From an uncultured bacterium (GTDB lineage Bacteria; Krumholzibacteriota; Krumholzibacteriia; Krumholzibacteriales; Krumholzibacteriaceae): DNA of 64,000 nt. Below, piece by piece: positions 9,528 to 18,971 of this stretch; position 1 is the stretch's first letter, and each line of letters begins with the position of its first letter. Below the pieces are notes generated by a model, which ran no database searches, was not told the DNA's origin, and worked only from the letters and a program-made list of their open reading frames with translations. The stretch lies in contig CBDUYR010000004.1 in assembly GCA_965371515.1 (NCBI GenBank), positions 20,235 to 84,234 of the forward strand, read 5' to 3'. Both the position numbers and the translations under genes were made by a program.

Positions 9528-10124
9528 TCACCCATCCACTGCTCCGCCTGCGTCGTCCCTGGGCGCTTTACGGTTGTATCGCCTCTGGGCAGCTCCAAGG
9601 CCCTGTATCAGAATCAGTTCCACCGCGGCAGCGGCATCGTCGACCATCTCACTCACCGGCCCGGCCTCGTCCCCACCGAACTCCTCCAGTACGAAATCGC
9701 TCCAGAGGGCTCCGGGAGGCGCCGGACCTGCTCCGAGCCTCAACCGCGCGAATTCCGGAGTCCCGAGGGCTCCGGTCACCGACTCGAGGCCGCGGTGCCC
9801 GCCGCTGCCTCCAACGGCCCGAATTCTGATCAGTCCGACCGGCAGATGGATATCGTCGCAGACGACCAGAACGGAATCGGGGGAAACGCCCGCAATCTTC
9901 AGCGCATCCCCCGAAAGATTCATGAATGTAAGGGGCTTGAGAAGCGTAATGTGCCGCCCGGCGAATCGCCAGCGGGTCTCCAGCGTGAGCCCGCCTCTGT
10001 CGTTCCAGCCAAGCCTGTGACGTCCCGCGAGCGTATCGAGAGTATCGTAACCGAGATTGTGCCTTGTACCAGCGTATTCCTGTCCCGGATTGCCCAGTCC
10101 AAGAACAAGAGTGATCTCCGGCAT
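9528..10124 (-). CDS. pth: Peptidyl-tRNA hydrolase
   Basis: LGLGNPG..Y..TRHNLG, KPLTFMNLSG, DD, GGSGGHRGL. Confidence 0.96.
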   Translation of the reverse strand: MPEITLVLGLGNPGQEYAGTRHNLGYDTLDTLAGRHRLGWNDRGGLTLETRWRFAGRHITLLKPLTFMNLSGDALKIAGVSPDSVLVVCDDIHLPVGLIRIRAVGGSGGHRGLESVTGALGTPEFARLRLGAGPAPPGALWSDFVLEEFGGDEAGPVSEMVDDAAAAVELILIQGLGAAQRRYNRKAPRDDAGGAVDG

Positions 10125-10130
10125 CCGCTA

Positions 10131-10841
10131 TCAGTCTTTCTTTCCGCCCTTTTTGGCAGCGGCTTCGCCTTCTTCGGCAGCGGCTTCGCCCTCTTCGGCA
10201 GCGGCTTCGCCCTCTTCGGCGCCCTCGGCTTCTTCTTCCTCGCCTTCCACGGCCTCCGTAAGGTCTTCCATCTTCTTCGGCGGAGATACGTGGGCGAGGT
10301 TGATATGTCCTTCATCGAGAAAATCGATGTCAGGATAGAGGTTCACGAGATCCGAGATATGGACCGTATCGCCGATCATCAAGGACGTAACGTCGATATC
10401 GAGATGCTCGGGAACGTTGGCGGCCGTTGTGGCGATCATGACCTCACGGACGCCTTGATCGAGAATACCGCCGAATTCCTTCACTCCCCTGGACATCCCG
10501 TTGAGGTTCACGGGAACACCGACCTTGATGTTCTCGTTCATCGATATCCTCTGGAAATCAACATGAAGAACGTCGCCTGAGACGGGGTGGTGCTGGACGT
10601 CCCGGACGAGCGTAATGTGTTCCTCCATGTCCACTCCCTCGACCTCGAGATCCAGGATCAGATGCTCGCTCGTCGCGTTGTGGAGTATGGTCCAGAACTC
10701 GTGCTCGAGTAATGCCAGATGGACGGGGTCTTTCTTGTGTCCGTAGAGAACACCCGGTATCTCACCCTGCTGGCGCAACTTGTGAACGTTCTTCTTGTTG
10801 GCCTCTTTCCTTCTTCGGGCCTTCAGCTTGATAGGCTTCAT
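10131..10841 (-). CDS. rplY: 50S ribosomal protein L25/Ctc
   Basis: IPGVLYG, DVQHHPV..VLHVDF, GVKEFGGIL; acidic C-tail. Confidence 0.96.
   Translation of the reverse strand: MKPIKLKARRRKEANKKNVHKLRQQGEIPGVLYGHKKDPVHLALLEHEFWTILHNATSEHLILDLEVEGVDMEEHITLVRDVQHHPVSGDVLHVDFQRISMNENIKVGVPVNLNGMSRGVKEFGGILDQGVREVMIATTAANVPEHLDIDVTSLMIGDTVHISDLVNLYPDIDFLDEGHINLAHVSPPKKMEDLTEAVEGEEEEAEGAEEGEAAAEEGEAAAEEGEAAAKKGGKKD
10155..10217. repeat. 21-bp tandem repeat x3 in rplY 3' end
   Basis: GGCAGCGGCTTCGCCYTCTTC three times; encodes (EEGEAAA)3. Confidence 0.9.
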
Positions 10842-10854
10842 CTTTTCCTCCGTA

Positions 10855-11793
10855 CTACACGAACAACATGCTGATCGATTCTTCCATATGGATCCTGCGG
10901 ATGGCCTCCCCGAGCAGGGGCGCCACGTCGAGGATCTTGATTCTGCTGCACTCCCCGTTGTTTGTGAACGGGATCGAGTTGGTGACCACCGTCTCCTCGA
11001 TGCTGGACTTCTCCAGCTTTTCGAGGGCCTTTCCGGAGAATACGGGATGCGTGGCCATCGCCATTACCCTGCCGGCCCCGGCGTCCTTCAGGACCTGGGC
11101 GGCCTGCGTGATCGTGCCGGCGGTGCTGATGATATCGTCCAGGATGATGATATCGCTGCCGGCGACTTCTCCGATCACGTTCATTACCTCGGATTCGTCG
11201 GCACCGGTCCTGCGCTTGTCGACGATCGCGAGGTTCGCATTGAGTCTCTTGGCGAAAGCCCTGCCCATCTTTATCCCGCCGACATCGGGCGAAACGATGG
11301 TAAGGTCCTTGAAATTCTTCCCCTTAATATATTCAAGCATTACGGGCGCCGCAAAAAGATTATCGACCTGAATATCGAAAAATCCCTGGATCTGGGCGGC
11401 GTGCAGCTCGAGCGCCAGGACCCTGTGCGCTCCGGCCGTCTCGATCAGGTTGGCGATCAGCTTCGCCGTAATCGGGACCCGCGGCTGGTCCTTCCTGTCC
11501 TGCCTCGCGTAGCCGTAATACGGGATCACGGCAGTGATGCGGTTCGCCGAGGCACGGTAACAGGCGTCGATGAGGATCAGGAGCTCGAGCAGGTTGTCGG
11601 CGGGCGGGAGAGTGGGCTGGATGATGAACACGTCCTTGCCCCTGATGTTTTCGTTGATGTTAATGCGGATCTCCCCGTCGGAAAACCTGCCCACCTCGAC
11701 ATCGCACAGTTTGATGCCGAGATACGAGGCGATATCCCCCGAAAGCCGCACATTGGCGTTCCCGCTCATCAGTGTCACCAGCTCCATCTTCAC
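10855..11793 (-). CDS. prs: Ribose-phosphate pyrophosphokinase
   Basis: FSDGE, PYYGYARQDRK, VSPDVGG, DDIISTAGT. Confidence 0.98.
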   Translation of the reverse strand: MKMELVTLMSGNANVRLSGDIASYLGIKLCDVEVGRFSDGEIRININENIRGKDVFIIQPTLPPADNLLELLILIDACYRASANRITAVIPYYGYARQDRKDQPRVPITAKLIANLIETAGAHRVLALELHAAQIQGFFDIQVDNLFAAPVMLEYIKGKNFKDLTIVSPDVGGIKMGRAFAKRLNANLAIVDKRRTGADESEVMNVIGEVAGSDIIILDDIISTAGTITQAAQVLKDAGAGRVMAMATHPVFSGKALEKLEKSSIEETVVTNSIPFTNNGECSRIKILDVAPLLGEAIRRIHMEESISMLFV

Positions 11794-11843
11794 TGTCCTT
11801 CCGAAAAAAAAGCGACCTGTCCGGCCACCGATCCACCCTTTAA

Positions 11844-11917
11844 TGGTTGGGGCGGGAGGATTCGAACCTCCGATCCAGGAGCCAAAGTCCTGTGTCTTGC
11901 CACTTGACGACGCCCCA
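11844..11917 (-). tRNA. tRNA-Gln(TTG)
   Basis: Cloverleaf, anticodon arm CAGGA-CTTTGGC-TCCTG, GTTCGAATCC, encoded CCA. Confidence 0.96.
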
Positions 11918-11934
11918 AGCAGTTCTGTCGAATT

Positions 11935-12228
11935 TTACTGCCCGGTTACTTCGAGTCCGGCCTCTGTCTCTGCGTTTACGAGTTCCTCCTTGTAGGCCGT
12001 TATTATCAAACCCTCCATCCAGTCCCTGGTCTCATTGTTGATAGGATGGGCTACATCCTGATAGGTACCGTCAGGCCTCTTGCGGCTCGGCATGGCGACA
12101 AACACGCCCTTGGCGCCTTCGATGATCTTCAGACCCCTGATAACGAAACAGTTATCGATGGTAATACTTGCAAAAGCCTTCAGTTTGTTGTCGTCCCGAA
12201 GTGAAATCCTGATCTCGGTTATCTTCAT
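11935..12228 (-). CDS. spoVG: SpoVG family nucleic-acid-binding regulator
   Basis: MKITEIRI...KLKAFASIT..FVIRGLKIIEG..GVFVAMPSRK..DGTYQDVAHPIN. Confidence 0.95.
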   Translation of the reverse strand: MKITEIRISLRDDNKLKAFASITIDNCFVIRGLKIIEGAKGVFVAMPSRKRPDGTYQDVAHPINNETRDWMEGLIITAYKEELVNAETEAGLEVTGQ

Positions 12229-12250
12229 GTGGCCCCCCCTGAATACTTGC

Positions 12251-13138
12251 TTACTCCTTTTCGAGGAGTTCCAGAGTCCGTCCGGCGGGATATACGATCC
12301 AGGCCGAATGACCCTCATCGAGCATGAGGTCCATCACCCTTGACGCCGTTGTGTCATCTTCGTAAAGCGCGAAACACGCCGAGCCGCTTCCGCTCATCAA
12401 ACTCAGGCTCGCCCCTTCGCGCTCCAGGAGAGCCAGGATCCGGCCGATAACCGGATACTCTCCGACGACGACTTCCTGGAAGCTGTTGCTGGCCTCAAGA
12501 GCGATATCCGGAAAATCCTTCAATCCCCCCAGCAGACAATTTAGTTTATGTCCGCCTTCAGGCCTTGTCAATATTAAATTGGGATTTTGATAAGCCCACC
12601 TGGTAGAAACGTTTAAATCCGGCTTGACGATGAGAATAGTTCCTGTCTCCAGTCCGTTTGTCTTTTCGAGCAATTCGCCCCGTCCCCTTCCGATGGCCGG
12701 CGATCCGAACAGGAAGAAAGGAACGTCGGAACCGATCTCGAGGGCCGTCTCCATCAAGCGCTGCCGGTCGATTCCCAGGCCGAACAGCTCGTTCACCCCG
12801 GAAAGGACCCCTGCGGCGTCCGAACTGCCTCCACCGAGCCCCGCCCCTGCGGGTATGTTCTTCCGGACACTGATCGATACACCCCGCCCTTCTCCATCCT
12901 CCCCGAGGATCAGGCCGGCCGCTTTCCAGCAGAGGTTTGAACTGTCCCACCTGATGCCCGGATCATCGCCCGTCAAGGTGATGCCCCTGGCAGCCGGCTC
13001 TATGCGGATGATATCGTAAAGGGTCACGGGCTGAAACACGGTCTCTATATCATGGTAACCGTCATCGCGCCTTCGGATCACGTCGAGATAGAGGTTGATC
13101 TTGGCGGAGCATCTGACAGTGATGCTTTCGGCGGTCAT
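12251..13138 (-). CDS. ispE: 4-diphosphocytidyl-2-C-methyl-D-erythritol kinase
   Basis: AKINLYL...DGYHDIET, KNIPAGAGLGGGSSDAA, GSDVPFF, MSGSGS; start at MTAES. Confidence 0.95.
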   Translation of the reverse strand: MTAESITVRCSAKINLYLDVIRRRDDGYHDIETVFQPVTLYDIIRIEPAARGITLTGDDPGIRWDSSNLCWKAAGLILGEDGEGRGVSISVRKNIPAGAGLGGGSSDAAGVLSGVNELFGLGIDRQRLMETALEIGSDVPFFLFGSPAIGRGRGELLEKTNGLETGTILIVKPDLNVSTRWAYQNPNLILTRPEGGHKLNCLLGGLKDFPDIALEASNSFQEVVVGEYPVIGRILALLEREGASLSLMSGSGSACFALYEDDTTASRVMDLMLDEGHSAWIVYPAGRTLELLEKE

Positions 13139-13196
13139 CGGCAGGCCCCCGTGGACGGCCCGGATAGAAGTCCCCGGCCTGGTTGAAGCCGCGAGC

Positions 13197-14279
13197 TCAG
13201 GTGGAGTCCCGGTAGCTCTCCCACAGGTCGCCCCACTTCGTCTTTCTGAATTTCCTGATCTTCGAACGGCCCACGGTCGGGTACCAGAAGAAGTCATGGT
13301 AGATGTTGCTCGCCATCGGAGCCCACCCGACGAGGGGTGAATGCAGGGCGGCCTTCTCGAGGAACTGGAGCGGCCCCTTCCTGAGCATCTGGTCACCCCA
13401 GATGACAAAGCTCTTCTTCACCCGGAATTCAAAGTCGAGCTTTTCGATATCCTCGCCGACGATCTCGATGTTTTCGATCCTCGCCTCACCGAGGCCCCTC
13501 TCAGTCGACCAGCGGAGATAATCGATCGACATCGGGTCGAATCCCATGATCTTCGCCGCCACGGCGTCGATGGCCACCGAATCGGCGCTCGCAAGGATCA
13601 GGTCGCCCTCGTACAGATCCATTGTCCTCGGGCCCGCCCCGTTGCCGCAGACCGTCCCGTCCATCACCGCGAAGATGTTGGGATGGAGCTCGCGCTGCAT
13701 GAGAAGCAGGTCGACGAGGACCTCGTGCATATACTTGTGGGCGTAGTGCCTGACCTCCTTGAGCAGACCGCCGAAGGAGTTCTTGATGGCTCCCGTCGTT
13801 GTCGAGTGGCCGTGGGTCTTTACCGTGGGAAGGTGGAGCACGTCCTTTCCTATGTACATCTTCGGGATCTCGATACCCTCGGGGAATATCTCGGCGAGCT
13901 TGAGCAGCTCGGAACGGAACTCGTAAACGGTCCATTCGACCTCGGGAAGCGGGATGAAGGGCAGCCCGTACCTGTCGAGGATCGGCATCCAGAGATTGTT
14001 TACTGCGCCCTTTCGCGGATTGGTGACGACCGTCCTGTTTTCGACGGGAATGATCGACTCGGTCGTGTATCCCCGGCCGAGAAGGTCCTTCACCACACCC
14101 TCGAGCTGCCACGGCTGGCTCGAGCAGGCTGGGAAGTACTTCGTCCACGAGAGGTTGAGTTTGATCAGCAGGTCCCTCTCGGCATTCAGGACATCTCCGG
14201 CTCCTGCCATATCCATGAGGAGATGATAATCATCCACGATCGTTTCCGGAGTCGTCCTGAGAACCGCTACCTTTGACAT
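13197..14279 (-). CDS. DUF362 domain-containing protein
   Basis: LIKLNL, LPTVKTH..TTGAIKNSFG, VMDG..GAGP, DSVAIDAVAAKIMGFDP. Confidence 0.8.
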   Translation of the reverse strand: MSKVAVLRTTPETIVDDYHLLMDMAGAGDVLNAERDLLIKLNLSWTKYFPACSSQPWQLEGVVKDLLGRGYTTESIIPVENRTVVTNPRKGAVNNLWMPILDRYGLPFIPLPEVEWTVYEFRSELLKLAEIFPEGIEIPKMYIGKDVLHLPTVKTHGHSTTTGAIKNSFGGLLKEVRHYAHKYMHEVLVDLLLMQRELHPNIFAVMDGTVCGNGAGPRTMDLYEGDLILASADSVAIDAVAAKIMGFDPMSIDYLRWSTERGLGEARIENIEIVGEDIEKLDFEFRVKKSFVIWGDQMLRKGPLQFLEKAALHSPLVGWAPMASNIYHDFFWYPTVGRSKIRKFRKTKWGDLWESYRDST

Positions 14280-14327
14280 TCAAAAACCACCTCTCCCGGC
14301 GGCTGCGATCGTCACGGGACGATCGCC

Positions 14328-15218
14328 TCACCGGATGATTATTATATATACTACCGCCGCGAACCAGAGGACCACGTCGATGATTATTGCTTTCTCGGTC
14401 AGCAGGACGCCCGACGGATCGCCGCCCTCGTTCCTGCTGTATACGAGGTAGAGATACCTCATGAGCCCGAAAACGACAAACGGTATCGTATACACGAGGT
14501 CCTTCGTGCCGAACTTGAGGACCGTCGAAGGCCAGACAGTATATATCGAGTAAGAGATGATCGAGGCCGTAGCGGAAAGGCTGACCAGCTGGTCGAGCAG
14601 AGTCACGGAATATTCCTTCAGCGACGTGCGGTGATCGCCCGCCGAGACGAGATTGGTGATCTCGTTCCTTCTCTTGCAGATCGCGAGGAAAAGAGACAGG
14701 AACAGCGTGCATATCCACAGCCACGGCGAGAACTCGAGGTCGGGTATCACCGAGTGGAGTACCGCCACTCCAGCAACCGCCCTGATGAGAAAGCTGAAGG
14801 AGATCGAGATGACGTCGAGTATCACGACATGGCGGAAGATCAGCGAGTAGGCCAGGTTGACACCGACGAACGCCGACGTGAGAAAGAAAAACTCTCTCCC
14901 GAGAATCCAAGCCACGGGAAGCAGCACCGCTATCAGGAGAACGGCGAAACCGACCGCCAACCCCGGGCTGATCCTGCCGGCCGCTATCGGGCGTATCTTT
15001 TTCTTCGGATGCTCCCTGTCCCTGTCGCGGTCGAATACGTCATTGAGTATGTAGATCGCGCCGGAAAGACCGCAGAAGACGAGGAAACCGTAGAGGCTCA
15101 GACGAACGAGCTCGGGATCGGTGAATCTCTTCGAGAAGACAACGCCGGCGAAGAGGACCACGTTCTTGGTCCACTGCTTGGCCCGCATCGAGACGGCCAG
15201 GTACCATAACTTTTTCAT
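14328..15218 (-). CDS. Polyprenyl (decaprenyl)-phosphate phosphoribosyltransferase, UbiA family
   Basis: R.KQWTKNVVLF, YILNDVFDRDRDREHPKKKIRPIAAG, KRRNE, GGDP. Confidence 0.88.
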   Translation of the reverse strand: MKKLWYLAVSMRAKQWTKNVVLFAGVVFSKRFTDPELVRLSLYGFLVFCGLSGAIYILNDVFDRDRDREHPKKKIRPIAAGRISPGLAVGFAVLLIAVLLPVAWILGREFFFLTSAFVGVNLAYSLIFRHVVILDVISISFSFLIRAVAGVAVLHSVIPDLEFSPWLWICTLFLSLFLAICKRRNEITNLVSAGDHRTSLKEYSVTLLDQLVSLSATASIISYSIYTVWPSTVLKFGTKDLVYTIPFVVFGLMRYLYLVYSRNEGGDPSGVLLTEKAIIIDVVLWFAAVVYIIIIR

Positions 15219-15223
15219 GTCGG

Positions 15224-16480
15224 TTAATATACACTTTCTTCAGGCCGCGAGTCAAGTGGCGCCGCGGACAACCCGGCGCCGTACTCTCTGTATACGGCCG
15301 CGTTCAATCCGACGATGATCAGCATCATCGTCAGCACCTCGGCGTCGCCGAAGTTCCAGTCGAACATCCCGTTGACGATGAAGCCCGTTATCGCGCCGAG
15401 GGATCCGGCCATCAGGGCTCTCCCGGGCGGAGGCAGGTCGAGACGCAGGTTCCTTCCCACGATCCTGAACATCGCGACGAGCAGCCAGACGAAGGCGGCA
15501 AGCCCGACCGTTCCGAGCGTCACAGCAACATGAAGGAAGATGTTATGCATGTGACCGTGCACGTGGACAGCCTCCGGCGGCATGTGCTCCCTGTAGATAT
15601 CGCCGAGATCTACCGGTCCCGTACCTATGACCGGGTGCTCCCTGAATATGGAGATCCCGCCCTTGATCATGTTGATCCTCTGGATATTCGTCCTGAACTG
15701 CGGATCAAACATCGTCTTTATCCTGTCGCGGTAAGGGCCGGGCGCCAGAATCACCCACGCAGCTACCAGAGCGAAATAAACGGGGATCCAGCGTCTTCGC
15801 AGGACGACGAGTATCACGATACCCGAGACGAACATGCCGAGCCATGACGACCGGGTCTGCGTGAGCAGCAGGGCTGCGGAGGCCGCGGCCGCCGCGATTA
15901 TCGAAAAGACCCTCAGTCTGCGTGGTATTCCCCGGGCGATCGACACCGCCGAGTAGAGAGACAGCAGCAGCAGCATGATTCCACCGAACGTCATCGAGTT
16001 GGAGAATGAACCGGGCGTTCTTTCCAGGCTGCCCCTCCCCATCCCGAGAAAATATATGACCACACCGAATACAGCCGAGCCCGTCCCCGAAACAAGCAGA
16101 ACGCCGTAGACATTCCTGCGGACCGATCCGTGAACGGCCAGCGAAGCGGCGAGCCAGACGATTACGAACAGCAGATAGTTTTTGAGATTTCCGAAAGCCG
16201 CGGACGGAGCGCCGGAGAGAAGCGATGAGATGATCGAGACCAGTATGAACGCCGCCAGGGGAAAGGCGAGCAACAGCCTTCCAGGCCTGAATGTTGGATC
16301 GAGCAGGCAGAGCACAATCCAGAGAAGCACGGTGATGCTGAGGGAGATCTGAGTGATGGCGATCGAGAAGGTCGACGCGAAGACGAAGATGCCGAAAAAT
16401 ATCAGTGCCGCCAGCCGCAGACGGGCAACGACCGTACGGCCCTCAACCGCGTTGACCACGGTCTCGCGGCCCTCAGCCAC
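15224..16480 (-). CDS. O-antigen ligase (Wzy_C) family protein
   Basis: Multi-TM; LTQTRSSW, R....KGG......HPVIGTG, HMHNIFL; start uncertain (GTG 16480/16486). Confidence 0.85.
   Translation of the reverse strand: MAEGRETVVNAVEGRTVVARLRLAALIFFGIFVFASTFSIAITQISLSITVLLWIVLCLLDPTFRPGRLLLAFPLAAFILVSIISSLLSGAPSAAFGNLKNYLLFVIVWLAASLAVHGSVRRNVYGVLLVSGTGSAVFGVVIYFLGMGRGSLERTPGSFSNSMTFGGIMLLLLSLYSAVSIARGIPRRLRVFSIIAAAAASAALLLTQTRSSWLGMFVSGIVILVVLRRRWIPVYFALVAAWVILAPGPYRDRIKTMFDPQFRTNIQRINMIKGGISIFREHPVIGTGPVDLGDIYREHMPPEAVHVHGHMHNIFLHVAVTLGTVGLAAFVWLLVAMFRIVGRNLRLDLPPPGRALMAGSLGAITGFIVNGMFDWNFGDAEVLTMMLIIVGLNAAVYREYGAGLSAAPLDSRPEESVY
15226..15255 (-). promoter_or_regulatory. Internal sigma70 promoter, probably giving a leaderless mRNA for the UbiA-family gene
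   Basis: TTGACT-18 nt-TATATT followed by only 7 nt (AACCGAC) before ATG 15218; no SD. Confidence 0.6.
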
Positions 16481-18971
16481 TTTCACGTTCCTCCACTCCG
16501 CTGCCGCTCGTGAAATCGACGAGGATACCCGACACCATCTCTGTCTCCCCTTCGGCAAGGGCCCTCGATATTTCCATCAGCACACCGGTGACTCCCTCGG
16601 GTACTCCGTCCGTACCGACACTCTCCAGCCGGACTTCACCGTTGTCTTCTGCCGCACGCACCTCCCATACCATTCCCTTCTCTTCGGACAGACTTGCCGC
16701 GGCACTCAGCAGCGTCGCTGTGCCGACAGCGCCGTCGGTGCGGATTATGACAAGCTTCTCTTCCTTGCCACGGAACAGGTTCCCTACTACCGCTTCGCCG
16801 AACAGTGCCGCGCGCCTCACATCGTCGTCCCGGTGAGCCCCCCCGCGACTGATCACTACCAGCCTCGAGCCGGCCGAGACAGCGGCGTCGGCCAGCCTCT
16901 CGAGGGGCAGAACGACCTTGCGTATAAAGGCATCGAGTGGATTCGACAGTTCCCGCACGGTCATGTCGAAATCGATTATCATCACGTCGGGCGAGATCTC
17001 CGCAACGAGCCGGATAGTGGCGATGCGATCCTCGAGCACACCGAGATAAACTCCTGTGGGCGTCTCGATCCATGCCGAACTCTCCTTCACTACGAAAAGA
17101 TCGTCGGTTATCACCGAGAGAGACGCCGATCGGCCGAACCTCACGGGAGAGGCCCTTACAACCGGCCCGTTGCCGGCGGCCACGACCTTCATTCCGTCGA
17201 ACAGCCCGATTTCCGCCGGGAGACGTCCGGCCGCCTCCGAGGGATCGCCCAGGACCCTGACAGGAACACCGTAGCGCTCCAGCTGATCGAATCTTTCCGG
17301 AGGCACCCTGCCCGCGTAAGAGGCGGAGATCACAATCTCATCGACACCGTGGTGGGCAGCGATGCTCTCGATCTCCCCCATGCTCCCGAGGACGGGAATA
17401 CCGTGGATCATTCTCCCGTGCATTGAACGCCTGTCGTCGAGCCAGCCGACCGGGTGCAGGCCTTTCGTCTGCTTGACCTGATGGAGAACGGCCTCTGCTG
17501 CATGGCCCGTCTCGCCGATCACGACCCTCCTGCCCTCGACCTCCTCGTGCGCGGGGAGTTCGTGGAACCAGCGGGTGACCACCCTCGCTCCCGCCATAAA
17601 CACGGTGAGAATGAACAGGTCTATCAGGAAGACCGAGCGGGGGAACGATTCGAATCTGAACAGGAATGTGAAGAGAAGCACCATGATCGCCGAACCTACG
17701 GCGACCGCCCTGAATATCCTCACTATATCGTCGAATGTCGTATACCGCCAGACGGTCTTGTAAAGCCCGTAGTAATAAAAAACAGCCGTCCTGATCACGA
17801 TGACTATGGGAAAGCTCACTATCATCGTCCGGATCTCCGCCTCGTGGAAACTGAAATTGAGGCGGAGCATGTAGCTGAGAACGTAGCTCCCGCCGATCAG
17901 CACGAGGTCGGTGAGAGCCGCAGCGAACATCCTCCTCGCGCTCCCTACTTCCCCTCCTTTTTCCAGCTTCCTGATCTTGAAGACAGCCCAGAGAAAGAAA
18001 CCCGTCCAGATGACGGCGAGGCCGGAGATGAACTCGCTCTCGCCGCTTACCAGGAGAAACGCGCTCCCGCCGAGCAGGGCCGCGATGAAATACTCGAGAA
18101 GGGCGACCTGCTTGTGGGAATGACCGAGATCCGTCAGTCTCTGGTAGTAGTGCGTCCTGTGTGCGGCGAAGATCCTCTTTCTCTGTATCATCCTTCTCAC
18201 CAGCGTAAGAGCCGCGTCCCCGAGGACGCCACCCATCAGGAGTATCGTCACGAACGCCGGAACACCGTGGCGCGCCCCCGCGATCGAGAGGACTGCGAAC
18301 ATGAAACCGATGAAAGTGGACCCGCAGTCTCCCATGAATATCCTGGCAGGTGGGAAATTATAGCGGAGAAAACCGAACAGCACACCGGCGATGACCGCGT
18401 ATACCAGCCCGAAGGCCGGATCTCCTGCCGCGAAGCCGAGCAGCACGAGGAATACGGCGGCGATCATGCCGACGCCAGCCGCCAGCCCGTCGAGCCCATC
18501 GATGAAATTGTAGAAATTAACGATTGCCGTTATCCAGAGGACCGTGATCGGGATGGCCGCCGGACCGAGCGGCAGCGTTCCTAAAAGAGGGATCCTGACC
18601 TCCTCGAGGAGTACTCCGGAAGCTATGACAGTTCCGGCGGCTGCCAGCTGCACGACCAGCTTCAGCTTCGCATCGAGACCCCTCAGATCGTCGATGAGCC
18701 CTACCGTGGCTATCATCGCCGCCGCCACGAAGATCCCCGTCTTCGAACCGATACCGGGGAGAGGATCGAATCCTGCGAGTCTGGCCGTAAACATGGTCAG
18801 AAAGAACGCGAGTACGATCGCGACCCCTCCGAGACGCGGTTTTGGCACCTCGTGAGAACCGCGGTCTGTCGGCATATCGAGCAGGGACCGGCGAAGAGAG
18901 TACCGCAGTATCGCCCCCGTTATCAGGAACGAGATCAGTAATGCCTCGAGAAAGAAGAGAAGTTCACGCAT
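16473..18971 (-). CDS. WecA/MraY-family (Glycos_transf_4) phosphoglycosyltransferase fused to a CapD/PglF-like region with degenerate C-terminus
   Basis: GLIDD, NFYNFIDGLDGL, NFPPARIFMGDCG, AHRTHYYQRL; then GLYKTVWRYT, FPRSVFLID, VGWLDD...GRMIHGIPVLG. Confidence 0.8.
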   Translation of the reverse strand: MRELLFFLEALLISFLITGAILRYSLRRSLLDMPTDRGSHEVPKPRLGGVAIVLAFFLTMFTARLAGFDPLPGIGSKTGIFVAAAMIATVGLIDDLRGLDAKLKLVVQLAAAGTVIASGVLLEEVRIPLLGTLPLGPAAIPITVLWITAIVNFYNFIDGLDGLAAGVGMIAAVFLVLLGFAAGDPAFGLVYAVIAGVLFGFLRYNFPPARIFMGDCGSTFIGFMFAVLSIAGARHGVPAFVTILLMGGVLGDAALTLVRRMIQRKRIFAAHRTHYYQRLTDLGHSHKQVALLEYFIAALLGGSAFLLVSGESEFISGLAVIWTGFFLWAVFKIRKLEKGGEVGSARRMFAAALTDLVLIGGSYVLSYMLRLNFSFHEAEIRTMIVSFPIVIVIRTAVFYYYGLYKTVWRYTTFDDIVRIFRAVAVGSAIMVLLFTFLFRFESFPRSVFLIDLFILTVFMAGARVVTRWFHELPAHEEVEGRRVVIGETGHAAEAVLHQVKQTKGLHPVGWLDDRRSMHGRMIHGIPVLGSMGEIESIAAHHGVDEIVISASYAGRVPPERFDQLERYGVPVRVLGDPSEAAGRLPAEIGLFDGMKVVAAGNGPVVRASPVRFGRSASLSVITDDLFVVKESSAWIETPTGVYLGVLEDRIATIRLVAEISPDVMIIDFDMTVRELSNPLDAFIRKVVLPLERLADAAVSAGSRLVVISRGGAHRDDDVRRAALFGEAVVGNLFRGKEEKLVIIRTDGAVGTATLLSAAASLSEEKGMVWEVRAAEDNGEVRLESVGTDGVPEGVTGVLMEISRALAEGETEMVSGILVDFTSGSGVEERESG

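Noticed and set aside
9447..11907. Long plus-strand ORFs (377 aa, 370 aa) antisense to pth/rplY/prs
   Set aside because: Mirror frames of conserved genes; the FGSGFAL repeat is just the rplY tandem repeat read antisense
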